Source: an uncultured Acidobacteriota bacterium
Lineage (GTDB): Bacteria > Acidobacteriota > Terriglobia > UBA7540
NCBI GenBank assembly: GCA_963804995.1
Contig: CAWDSK010000006.1
Coordinates: 192,001 to 256,000 of the forward strand
Direction: 5' to 3'
DNA length: 64,000 bases
Shown here piece after piece: positions 42,831 through 51,623 of the stretch. The translations under genes were made by a program, and so were the position numbers. The notes beneath the pieces are model-generated. The model had not been told where the DNA came from. It saw only the letters and a list, made by a program, of their open reading frames with translations, and ran no database searches. Each line of letters opens with the position of its first letter. The stretch's first letter is position 1.

Positions 42831-43334
42831 GTGAAATCAGGGGCAACAAATCGGCGGCGAGCGAGTCAGGCCGAAGGGACGCTGACCCGTTCGAGGATCA
42901 GGGCCTGGGTTCTCGCGATAGCGCTCACTTCCCTGCTCGCTCCGGCCGTGCGTGCAGAGCAAACGAAGCCTCTCCCCGCGCTGGAAGGGACTTTGCTGGC
43001 GACGGCCGGCAAGTGTCCCCTGTTGAAGATGCAGGACCGGCAGGTGCCGCTCGCCGCCACAACTCCCTACCTGCTTCAGACCCTTCAGGATAAGCGCCTC
43101 GACGGTTTCCAGATACGCGTGGAAGGAACCCCGCAGCCCGACGGCTCGTTCGAGGTTGCGTGGCTTTTTACCGTCCACAAAGGCAAGCTTTTTCGCGTGC
43201 GCTACTTCTGCGCGGTCTGCAATCTCGTCGGGCTCGGGCCGGGACTCTGCGTCTGTTGCCAGCAACCCACGGAGCTTCAAGAAATCCCTGTGGACAATAC
43301 GGACAAGTACATGCGCCCGGCTTCCCAGCCTTAG
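42831..43334 (+). CDS. Secreted protein with C-terminal Cys cluster (metal-binding ribbon)
   Basis: Signal peptide; YFCAVCN...GPGLCVCCQQPT; start position uncertain. Confidence 0.7.
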   Translation: MKSGATNRRRASQAEGTLTRSRIRAWVLAIALTSLLAPAVRAEQTKPLPALEGTLLATAGKCPLLKMQDRQVPLAATTPYLLQTLQDKRLDGFQIRVEGTPQPDGSFEVAWLFTVHKGKLFRVRYFCAVCNLVGLGPGLCVCCQQPTELQEIPVDNTDKYMRPASQP

Positions 43335-43401
43335 TTGACACCAATCACCACCCAGTGTTACAAAAGAAAGACCGCTGATTCTCAGCGCCACGCGCCAATA
43401 T

Positions 43402-43478
43402 GGTGGGTGTAGCTCAGCTGGTAGAGCGCCAGACTGTGGCTCTGGACGTTGCGGGTTCGAATCCCGTCACCCACCCCA
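43402..43478 (+). tRNA. tRNA-His (anticodon GUG)
   Basis: G-1, GTGGGTG/CACCCAC acceptor, C73, CT-GTG-GC loop, GTTCGAATC, CCA; TTGACA at 43335 upstream. Confidence 0.96.
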
Positions 43479-43641
43479 TCTAACTCGAGCAGATAACGCA
43501 GCGCGGCCGAGCCGCAACCCAAACGAAATCCTCTGCGTCCTCCGTGCCTCTCAAGCTTTAACACAGAGTACGCCCTCCGCTGGCGCATCTCTGAAACCGC
43601 GATGCCGTGTCAAGCCGATTTTTTGAATTTCTTAATCGCCT

Positions 43642-43873
43642 TTGACAAACTTCCCCCTTCGACTTCAGAATGGCCTGCAGCCGGTGAAGCGGAGGCGGGC
43701 TCTGCTGGCGAGCAACCCGCTGAGGAATAGCCGGTCGGAGGCTGATGGAAACGACGCCGGGGCGGCCTGCGGTCGCCCCCCTCCCAAGCTCTGGGCACAG
43801 CTTCCCCATGCCTGAAAAACGCGCCGGACCCCATCGGCAAAGTGGCGGGTTGCCGACTTCGCCGTCGGCTGCC
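43642..43873 (+). ncRNA. Putative structured RNA antisense to the IS110 transposase, with its own promoter
   Basis: TTGACA(43642)-N18-CAGAAT, then hairpins GCGGG-TGCT/AGCA-CCCGC, GGGGCGGCC/GGTCGCCCC and GCCGAC/GTCGGC. Confidence 0.4.
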
Positions 43874-43997
43874 ATTCTGTACGTATTATCTTATAGAATT
43901 ATTCCAAGTTATAGTCGTTCCTCCTTTATGTAGAGCCCGGGGGGCGGGGAGGGTTGGCTCCCCGCCGCCTGCCGGGGATGAAGCACGGCCCCGTGGG

Positions 43998-44187
43998 CGT
44001 TGGGTTCTTGCTCTTGCCATGCGAGTTTGCTGAGTCGGTTCGGTCCCTTTCATCTCTACGGGCTAGCCAGGTTGTCCTGGTCCCCATGAGGTTGTTCGGG
44101 AGCAGGTCCCTATCAGAGCGCGGTCTTGGTGTACCTAGCGCCAGCACGGGCTTCCTGCTCCAGTACGCCGACTTGGCGGCCCCAACG
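43998..44187 (-). ncRNA. Predicted bridge/seek RNA of the IS110 element
   Basis: Nested stems CGTTGGG/CCCAACG, AGTCGG/CCGACT and GAGCAGG/CCTGCTC; loop segments match both target flanks and the donor junction. Confidence 0.75.
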
Positions 44188-45213
44188 GTCTTCCCGATAA
44201 GGGCAGCCGTGCTTCAAAACTCCATACGCACAACGCGCCAAGGAGTGCGCGATGGCGGCCTTGGCCACGTTGGGTTTCTTGCTGCGGCGCAGGCGGTGGT
44301 AGCGCCGCGCGAAAGGATGGGGGTATGGAATCGCGACATGGGCGGCGGTGACGAAGGCCCAGCGCAGCCAGCGCGATCCCTGGCGGGTGATGGGACCCGA
44401 CACCTTCACTTCCCCGCTGTCGTAAAAGCTGGAGACGAGCCCCGTAGCGTTGGCCAAGGCCTTGGCGGAACGAAACCGCTCGATCGTGCCGATCTCACTC
44501 CAAATCACCGGGGACAGGATGGGGCCGATGCTGGGGATTGTGCGCAGCAGCGCCAACTCGGGGAATTGTCCGTCCACCGCCTGCAAGTACTTCTCACTGA
44601 TTCCGATCTCCTCCTCCAGGAACTGCAGCAGGCGTTGGATTTGAGGGATGCTTTCGCCCAAGGGCATCGGCAAGGTCTGTTCCGCCAGCCACTTCTCCCC
44701 GGCCGCTCCGAACGGGTCGGTCCCCGGCGCCTGCAAGCCATGCATCCCCAGCAAGCTTTGCAGGTGATTCTTGGCTTTGGTGCGCAGCAGGGCCAACCAG
44801 CAGCGCTGGCGTGCGCGCAGACGCAGGGCGCGAATCTCCGGCGGCGGAAACCACGCCTCCGGCAGTGGATCCAGATGGTGCGCGGCGAGCTTGCGCGCCA
44901 GCCGCTCGGCATCTAAACGATCATTCTTCTGCCGGCGGTTGCTGTCGATCCCCGCCGTGTGCACCCAGTGCGCGCGCCCTCGCCACCCCGCCTCTTCCAG
45001 CACGCTCATGGCAAAGTAGCCTGCCGTGCTCACCTCCAGGCCGATCTCGGCGTCGGGAGGAAGTTCCGTCAACATCTCCAGCCACTCCTCCCGCGTGTTG
45101 GCGATCGACTTCCGTGCCTTAATCTCTCCGTGATCAAGCTCCACCACCTGGCAACGACGCTTGTGAACATCCACTCCCACCGGCGTTCCAATGGGCGTTA
45201 TACTCTTCTTCAT
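44113..45213 (-). CDS. IS110-family DEDD recombinase/transposase (366 aa)
   Basis: GVDVHK, GLEVS and KNDRLDA (DEDD); TIPSIGPI and DSGE (catalytic Ser), GSRWLR; GAGGAG RBS. Confidence 0.93.
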   Translation of the reverse strand: MKKSITPIGTPVGVDVHKRRCQVVELDHGEIKARKSIANTREEWLEMLTELPPDAEIGLEVSTAGYFAMSVLEEAGWRGRAHWVHTAGIDSNRRQKNDRLDAERLARKLAAHHLDPLPEAWFPPPEIRALRLRARQRCWLALLRTKAKNHLQSLLGMHGLQAPGTDPFGAAGEKWLAEQTLPMPLGESIPQIQRLLQFLEEEIGISEKYLQAVDGQFPELALLRTIPSIGPILSPVIWSEIGTIERFRSAKALANATGLVSSFYDSGEVKVSGPITRQGSRWLRWAFVTAAHVAIPYPHPFARRYHRLRRSKKPNVAKAAIAHSLARCAYGVLKHGCPYREDRWGRQVGVLEQEARAGARYTKTAL

Positions 45214-45464
45214 CGCTTTGTCTCCTCGATGCAAAACTCTCGGTCTGAACCCGAGGGCCCGCTAAACTGGACCACCTCCAGTTTAGCGGCACCCGAGGAG
45301 GCATCGCCGCTTTCATAACATCAGAGCGCAGCTCTGCGATTCACGTGTCTGACCATGCCCGACGGTTTGAGTCAGGAATTCCAACCCGCAAGAAAACGAG
45401 GGCGCACGTCCCAAGATTCGCAAATTGGGAGCCTGAGCCAAAAACATTCACCCAGAATCGGTGC

Positions 45465-46607
45465 TCAATACCCGCGGCGCTTATCCACCACGTTGAGCAT
45501 GGGCAGACCGTTCACATACCGGCGCACGTTTTCAGCGAAGAGCTCCGTGGTTCGACCTTCCACCTTCGGAGACCAACCGGAAGTGTGACACGTGATGATG
45601 ATGTTCGGAGCCGTCCACAACTCATCGTCCGGCGGCAAGGGTTCCTTATAGGCCACGTCCAGTCCAGCCCCCGCGATCCAACCCTCTTTGAGCGCGCGCA
45701 CCAGCGCCGGCGTGTGCACAACCTGGCCCCGCGACATGTTGATGAAGTACGCCGACTTCTTCATGGCCCGGAAGACGGATTCATTCAGCATGCCTTCGGA
45801 AAGCGACGTGTGGGGGGCGGCGCACATCAGGATGTCCACGCGCGAAGCCATCTCCTTAAGCCCGTCGAGCGAGTGCAGCTCCGCCACAAAATGCGGCTTG
45901 GGAATCGGTTTGGGATCCACGGCCAAGATCTTCATATCGAAGCCATAGTGGGCGCGGTAAGCCGTCATCGCGCCGATCCCGCCCAAACCCACCATGCCCA
46001 ACGTCATGCCGCTGATCTCCGTCAGGTCCTGGAGCTGGTTCCACTCGTGGTGCTGTGTCTGGATGGCGTAGCGCGGAATGCCGTGCGCCAGTGACAGCAT
46101 CAAGGCGATGGCGGTTTCGGATATCACGGGCGCAAAGATGCGCTGCATATTGGTCAGCACGACGGGGCTATCTATGAGCTCCGGCCACATGATCTCTTCG
46201 ACGCCCGCCGCTCCCCATTGAATCCAGCGCAGGTGCTTGGCAGCGGCAAAATCTTCGCGGGTGAAATCGCCGAACAAGGCGTGCGCGTCAGCAAGTTCGC
46301 TCCGAAAAGCCTCCTTCGAAAGGGCTTCCTTCAACTCAATTCCTGAGGATAGTGCCCGGATACGCTGGGAATAAGGGTCGGGAAGCTTGTCCATGGTCAC
46401 GATCTTCAACCGCTCCACAGCGGCTCCCTTGCCGGGCTCGACAAGGGGATAAGACTCCATCGTGAGCGGAAACGGCGGATCGAGTGCAGCAGCGGGATTC
46501 GCGGCAGCGAGGGGAACTCCAGCCAGAGTGGTGCCTAGCGCGGCGCCAGTTGATCCGGCGGCGATGTTATGCAAAAACTCTCTGCGGGAAACGGGGTCGA
46601 GTGGCAT
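45465..46607 (-). CDS. D-2-hydroxyacid dehydrogenase with Tat-like leader
   Basis: SRREFL leader; GLGGIG, INMSRGQVV, AGLDV and ITCHTSG motifs. Confidence 0.9.
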   Translation of the reverse strand: MPLDPVSRREFLHNIAAGSTGAALGTTLAGVPLAAANPAAALDPPFPLTMESYPLVEPGKGAAVERLKIVTMDKLPDPYSQRIRALSSGIELKEALSKEAFRSELADAHALFGDFTREDFAAAKHLRWIQWGAAGVEEIMWPELIDSPVVLTNMQRIFAPVISETAIALMLSLAHGIPRYAIQTQHHEWNQLQDLTEISGMTLGMVGLGGIGAMTAYRAHYGFDMKILAVDPKPIPKPHFVAELHSLDGLKEMASRVDILMCAAPHTSLSEGMLNESVFRAMKKSAYFINMSRGQVVHTPALVRALKEGWIAGAGLDVAYKEPLPPDDELWTAPNIIITCHTSGWSPKVEGRTTELFAENVRRYVNGLPMLNVVDKRRGY

Positions 46608-46769
46608 ATCGGTCCTCCTGATTGGGATGGCGGTAAGTGTAACATAATGTCGCCCCCAAAAGGGCAATCGCTACCCGCCCATCGAGGCTACCTCAATGCT
46701 GTCTTTCGGTTCTTTTGTGTGGCCCCACTGCGTTAAGTGCTGCTACCAGCTCTGGAAAAGCCGCGGCAC

Positions 46770-47306
46770 CTATCGGGGGGATTTGTTGCTCGCGAGGCTC
46801 CTGGATGGAGCCGACGTTCTAAGGGGCAGTCGCCACTTTGACTCGCCGAGCATGAAGCGGCGGACCACATAAACTCCCTTGCCGATCCGCACCACGTTCG
46901 GGTCACGTTTGACGGGCAGCCAAGTCTGGCCGTCAAAAGTCCGCGGCGCCGGTGAAACCAATACTTGGCCAACTTCCGGCTCGGAGTGCGGTCGCCGCGG
47001 CCAGCGAAGGTAAACGACCTCTTCCGGATCGAAATGCTGTTCCTGCGACTTATCCAGTAACTCCAATTGGATGGCAGCAGTGTGATTGGGTAGCCATCCG
47101 GTGAGCGAGCCAGTGGCGGGATCCCACTCCCGCACCAGCATGAGGGTGCCTTCGCCGCTGGGCGCCGACTTGTTGACCTGACCAGCCTGAGCCTGCGTCC
47201 CGATAGCGATCAGGGCGATCACCGCCCAAGCCCGGAGAAGAAACACGAAGACCTTCACGTCCGTGGTGGATTCATTTCTCTCAACGTCAATATCCCCGAG
47301 AATCAT
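46770..47306 (-). CDS. Hypothetical secreted protein
   Basis: Hydrophobic signal VFLLRAWAVIALIAIG-TQAQA; GGAGG upstream; no recognisable motif. Confidence 0.5.
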   Translation of the reverse strand: MILGDIDVERNESTTDVKVFVFLLRAWAVIALIAIGTQAQAGQVNKSAPSGEGTLMLVREWDPATGSLTGWLPNHTAAIQLELLDKSQEQHFDPEEVVYLRWPRRPHSEPEVGQVLVSPAPRTFDGQTWLPVKRDPNVVRIGKGVYVVRRFMLGESKWRLPLRTSAPSRSLASNKSPR

Positions 47307-47875
47307 ACGCCCCTCCTGACAACAGGTAATGCTCCTCGCACGCATCGATGCCGGTGCCCCGACCCCGCACCCCAAGGTTCCTCCCACAGGGTTCTTCGCC
47401 TTGCTAGGGGAGGATGATTTCCCCCGTGAAACCTCGCTGGAAGGTTGGGCTTGATTTCCTCGAGTGCGGCATGCCCAAGCTGATGTATCCATATCCATTC
47501 CTGGTGGCGGGTTCGCGATGGCTATCAGCCCACCTCTGAACAGGTGGAAAATGTTTTCCTGTGCAACCACTTCCATCGGCGGATCGCCGCGCCGCGTGAA
47601 CGTTTTTTTATGGTGAGTTTTGCAAACAAATGCTCAGTGGAAACACATGGGTTACGAGGCTGCCCTCACCCTGTCAGGAAAGATTGTGGATGCTTCCTGA
47701 GTGACTCGGGAACAGGCAGGAAAGCTGGCCGCGACCACCCACCGTTGCCGCTGTCTTAGATGAGGGCCGCCAAAATGGGCCTTGAGTTTCCTTCCGCTTC
47801 TGGTATAAACCCTACGACAAACGCGAAGCCGCGTCTTCGCGAATTCTGTAAAGTGTGAAGGGAAAGGAAGACATT

Positions 47876-49243
47876 ATGACGGATGACCTCAATCGGCGAG
47901 ATTTTATGAAACGCGCCGCCCTGACCTCGGCGGGTCTGAGCCTCTCGATGTACGGGCTCAGCACGAGGAATGTCCTGGGCGCCAACGACCGCATTCGCCT
48001 GGGCGTGATCGGCACCGGCCGCCAAGGCACGGATGACATGCAAAACTTCATGAAGCACGGCGTGGAAGTTGGCGCCGTCTGCGATGTGTACCAACCCAAT
48101 CTCGACAAGGGGCTGGCCGCGGCGGGGGGCAATGCCAAAGCCTTCAAGGATTTTCGCCAGGTGCTCGACGACAAGGACATTGACGTGGTGATTGTCGGAA
48201 CACCCGACCACTGGCACCCGCTCTGCATGGTGGAAGCCTGCAAGGCCGGCAAGGACGTTTACGTGGAGAAGCCGATCTGCGTGGCGGTGGAAGAAGGCAA
48301 GAAGATGGTAGAGGCCGCGCGCAAATACAAACGCGTGGTGCAAGTGGGCCTCTGGCAGCGCTCCAATCAACACTTTCAAAAGGCCGTGGAGTTGGTCCAA
48401 GGCGGCCTGCTGGGCAAGGTCAGCTTTGTGCGCACTTGGAATTATTCCAACACCTTTCCAAAGGGATACGGCACTTATCCTGACTCCGACCCGCCGGCGG
48501 GGCTGGATTGGGACATGTGGCTCGGTCCCGCGCCCAAGGTGCCATACAATTTCAACCGCTTTGGCGTGGCAGAACATCGCTGGTCCACCTTCCGCTACTT
48601 CTACGATTACGCCAACGGCTGGCCGGGTGATTGGGCCGTTCACCTGATGGACATCGTGCAGTGGGCAATGCAGGTCGAAGGGCCCACCACCATCACCGCC
48701 TTGGGCTCCAAATTCTTCATCCAGGACAACACTGATATTCCCGATACGTTACAGATCACCTGGCAGTATCCCAACTTCGTCGCCACCTATGAGAGCCGCG
48801 AGTGCAATTCCAATTCCATGTACAAACACGAATACGGAATCGAGTTCCATGGAACGGACGGCACGATGTTCCTCGACCGCAGCGGCTTTGAGGTCTTCCC
48901 GGAGCCGACGGCGGAACGGGACTACCGCGAGTTGCACGCGACCGAGGGGAAGCATGTCCGCGACCTGGGTAAGACCGCGGATATGAAGATGGAACAGATC
49001 GACGACGGGCTGCTGGAGCATGTCGCCAACATGCTGGATTGCATGCGCACGCGCAAACTTCCGCAGACCGATATCGAACAGGGACATCGCAGCAGCAGCG
49101 CCTGTTTGCTCGGCAACGTCGCCCTGCGCTCGCAGGAACGACTGGAATGGGACGTCGCGAACCAGAAGCTCCTCAAGGGCGGCCCCGCGGCGCAGAAACT
49201 CATTGGCCGCGACTACCGCGCGCCGTGGAAGCTGGTGGTGTAA
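47876..49243 (+). CDS. Tat-exported Gfo/Idh/MocA oxidoreductase
   Basis: NRRDFMK Tat motif; IGTGRQG, TPDHWH, VYVEKP, LDWDMWLGPAP and DWAVHLMD. Confidence 0.93.
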   Translation: MTDDLNRRDFMKRAALTSAGLSLSMYGLSTRNVLGANDRIRLGVIGTGRQGTDDMQNFMKHGVEVGAVCDVYQPNLDKGLAAAGGNAKAFKDFRQVLDDKDIDVVIVGTPDHWHPLCMVEACKAGKDVYVEKPICVAVEEGKKMVEAARKYKRVVQVGLWQRSNQHFQKAVELVQGGLLGKVSFVRTWNYSNTFPKGYGTYPDSDPPAGLDWDMWLGPAPKVPYNFNRFGVAEHRWSTFRYFYDYANGWPGDWAVHLMDIVQWAMQVEGPTTITALGSKFFIQDNTDIPDTLQITWQYPNFVATYESRECNSNSMYKHEYGIEFHGTDGTMFLDRSGFEVFPEPTAERDYRELHATEGKHVRDLGKTADMKMEQIDDGLLEHVANMLDCMRTRKLPQTDIEQGHRSSSACLLGNVALRSQERLEWDVANQKLLKGGPAAQKLIGRDYRAPWKLVV

Positions 49244-49460
49244 GGGAAGAGTTAATAGTTAATAGTCGATAGTTAAGAGTTGAAAGTTACAAGTGCGTGA
49301 CTTGACGTGTGGGGAGCCTGACACGAGGTCACCAGGCTCCCCCCTTCAGAAAAAGGGGCGCCGCTGAGCCGTCCCCACCCTTCCACCTCGCTACTCGTGG
49401 GAGGCTCGCAGACTGGAGCCGCCCGCGGAACCACCGCCAGGAGCACTCCAGGGGGACAGA

Positions 49461-51614
49461 ATGCCAAGGCATCTTATTTACAGAAATATCTTTGCCATTT
49501 CCCTCCTCATGATTTCTTTGGCCGGTACGATGCTCGCCGGCCAGACCACCGGGAAGGCCCTTGATCCTTCCTATCAAATTGTCGTCGACCTAGGCCCTTT
49601 TGCCACGGCGGCTGATGCCGCGAAGGGCGCGGACACGCTCAATTGGGACGGGAGCGAACCCGCGGGGATGAACGCTTCGACAGAGGCTTTCGCCGCGCTG
49701 GAGTTGCGCCATTATCTTACGAAGCTCGGCAAAGCAAACGAAGCAGCCCCGCAGGTGTTCCCCGTCGTAGGCCTGGACCGGCTGCGGAATCATAAGGAAA
49801 TTATTCTCGCGGACCTTTCTGGAAAGTCATACCCACCGGCGGTGTCGAAGGCAGCCAAGCGCGAATTATTGGCACAGCGCCTGAGCGCGCGAGAGAGCTT
49901 TGCCCTCGTACCCGACGAGGACAACCTGCTCATCATCGGTTCCGATCGTGTCGGCGTGCTCTACGGAGTCTATTCTCTCCTCGAAATGTGGGGCATGCGG
50001 TGGTACGCCCCGGGGGACTTGGGTGAGGTGGTTCATGGCTCCGCCAACTTGCAGTTCCCGGAGCAGACCATCGTCGAGGAACCCAAGTTCCTTACCCGAG
50101 GCTTCCTGGCTTGGGAAAACCGGGGCAACCGTGAATTCTATCTCTGGATGGCGCGCAATCGCATGAACATGTGGACCATTGCCGACACCGACCGGGCCAC
50201 CGAGAAGCAATTGGGATTGCGCTTGGATGCGGGCCTGCATTGGGTTTTTGAACGCTACCTCAACCCCGATACCTACATGCAGGCGCACCCGGAATGGTAC
50301 GGGCTGGTCGATGGCAAGCGTCAGGGGTTCAAACACGAATTTGGCGTCAACTTCTGCACGTCCAATGCTGAGGCCGTGGCAGAGTTCACCCGCAATGTGG
50401 TGAAGGACCTCTCAACCGGCGACTGGCGTGACACGGACCTGCTGGAACTGTGGGCGTTGGATGTCGGCAAGTGGTGCGAGTGCGACAACTGCAAGCGCCT
50501 GGGAACTCCCACGGACCGCCTGCTGATGCTGGTGATGCACGTCCGCGATGCGCTGGAAGTTGCGCGGCGCCAGGGGCTGATCCACCATCCGATCGAACTG
50601 GTCTTTCCCATTTATCACGAGACTCTGGCACTGCCTGCGAATCCCCAGTGGACTCCCGCCGACTTCCGGGACCTTATCGGCACCTTCTTTCCTATCGGCC
50701 GATGTTACGTCCACTACCTGGACGATCCGAAGTGCAGCGAATACAACACCCCTTATTGGGAGACCTTCGAGACGTGGAAGCAGCACGACAAGTATCCCGG
50801 CCAGTTGGAGGTCGGCGAGTACTACAACGTCTCGACCACGAAAAGTCTGCCGGTTCTTTACAAGCGCATCATGGCGCACGATCTGCCGTTGTTTTATAGC
50901 AACGGGGTCCGTCACTTCCACTACATGCATGTGTATACCCGGCTGCAGGGGCCCAAACGCCTCAACAATTACCTCCTGGCGCAGTTACTGTGGAATCCGG
51001 AGGCCGACACCGAGCAACTGTTCAGCGATTACCTGACCGATTTCTATGGCCCCGTCGCCAAGCCCGCCCGGCGCTTTTACAACCTTCTTGAATACGCCAT
51101 GTTGAGTGTCCAACAGTGGAAGCACTACGGCGGGGAGCATGAAGGACAGTGCCTGGTAAAGCAGATTGATAGCAATGCCGATAACCTATTTGGGACCGAA
51201 CACCTGAAGCTGGAGGCGTACCATCCCCTCAAGAACGCCGGTGTCAGTCTGGGAGAGAGCGTGCGGGCCTTGCAAGAGTGCCGGACCATCATGGACCGCT
51301 TGCGCGCTCAAAATCTACCCAGCGAAGTGAAGCTGCGCCTCGCCGAAGACGACCGGAACCTGCGCTATGCGGAGAATACAGTCAACCTTTATTACTACCT
51401 GGCGCAGGCGTTGATGGCCAGGAAACAGCAGAACCTCGAGCAGGCCAAGGAATTTTACCGTCGCACGGTGCCTTTGGCCCAAGGGTTGCGGGAGGAAACG
51501 GAGATTCTCCAGACCGCGTCCTCGCACGCCAATGCCAAAAACGGTCTGGATGCCTCGCTGGTCGAAAAAGCTTATGAGGAGTTGGGCAAGCAGCTTGGTA
51601 TAGATTCAAGGTAG
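49461..51614 (+). CDS. DUF4838-like secreted glycoside-hydrolase-like protein
   Basis: GH67/20-like N-domain (IIGSDRVGVLYGVY), HPEWYGL, FCTSN, WCECDNC and LLWNP. Confidence 0.75.
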   Translation: MPRHLIYRNIFAISLLMISLAGTMLAGQTTGKALDPSYQIVVDLGPFATAADAAKGADTLNWDGSEPAGMNASTEAFAALELRHYLTKLGKANEAAPQVFPVVGLDRLRNHKEIILADLSGKSYPPAVSKAAKRELLAQRLSARESFALVPDEDNLLIIGSDRVGVLYGVYSLLEMWGMRWYAPGDLGEVVHGSANLQFPEQTIVEEPKFLTRGFLAWENRGNREFYLWMARNRMNMWTIADTDRATEKQLGLRLDAGLHWVFERYLNPDTYMQAHPEWYGLVDGKRQGFKHEFGVNFCTSNAEAVAEFTRNVVKDLSTGDWRDTDLLELWALDVGKWCECDNCKRLGTPTDRLLMLVMHVRDALEVARRQGLIHHPIELVFPIYHETLALPANPQWTPADFRDLIGTFFPIGRCYVHYLDDPKCSEYNTPYWETFETWKQHDKYPGQLEVGEYYNVSTTKSLPVLYKRIMAHDLPLFYSNGVRHFHYMHVYTRLQGPKRLNNYLLAQLLWNPEADTEQLFSDYLTDFYGPVAKPARRFYNLLEYAMLSVQQWKHYGGEHEGQCLVKQIDSNADNLFGTEHLKLEAYHPLKNAGVSLGESVRALQECRTIMDRLRAQNLPSEVKLRLAEDDRNLRYAENTVNLYYYLAQALMARKQQNLEQAKEFYRRTVPLAQGLREETEILQTASSHANAKNGLDASLVEKAYEELGKQLGIDSR

Positions 51615-51623
51615 GAGACATCC

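Larger units (their letters stand above)
43586..45322 (-). mobile_element. Complete IS110-family (IS1111-like) element
   Basis: CATC core at both junctions (43586-43589, 45319-45322); subterminal IRs TCTGAAACC-GCGATGCC (43590-43606) and GGCATCGCCGCTTTCATA (45300-45317); short left end and long non-coding right end. Confidence 0.85.

Noticed and set aside
43402..43600. Prophage or genomic island integrated at tRNA-His (or tRNA-Arg)
   Set aside because: No tyrosine/serine integrase and no duplicated tRNA 3' end found in the window
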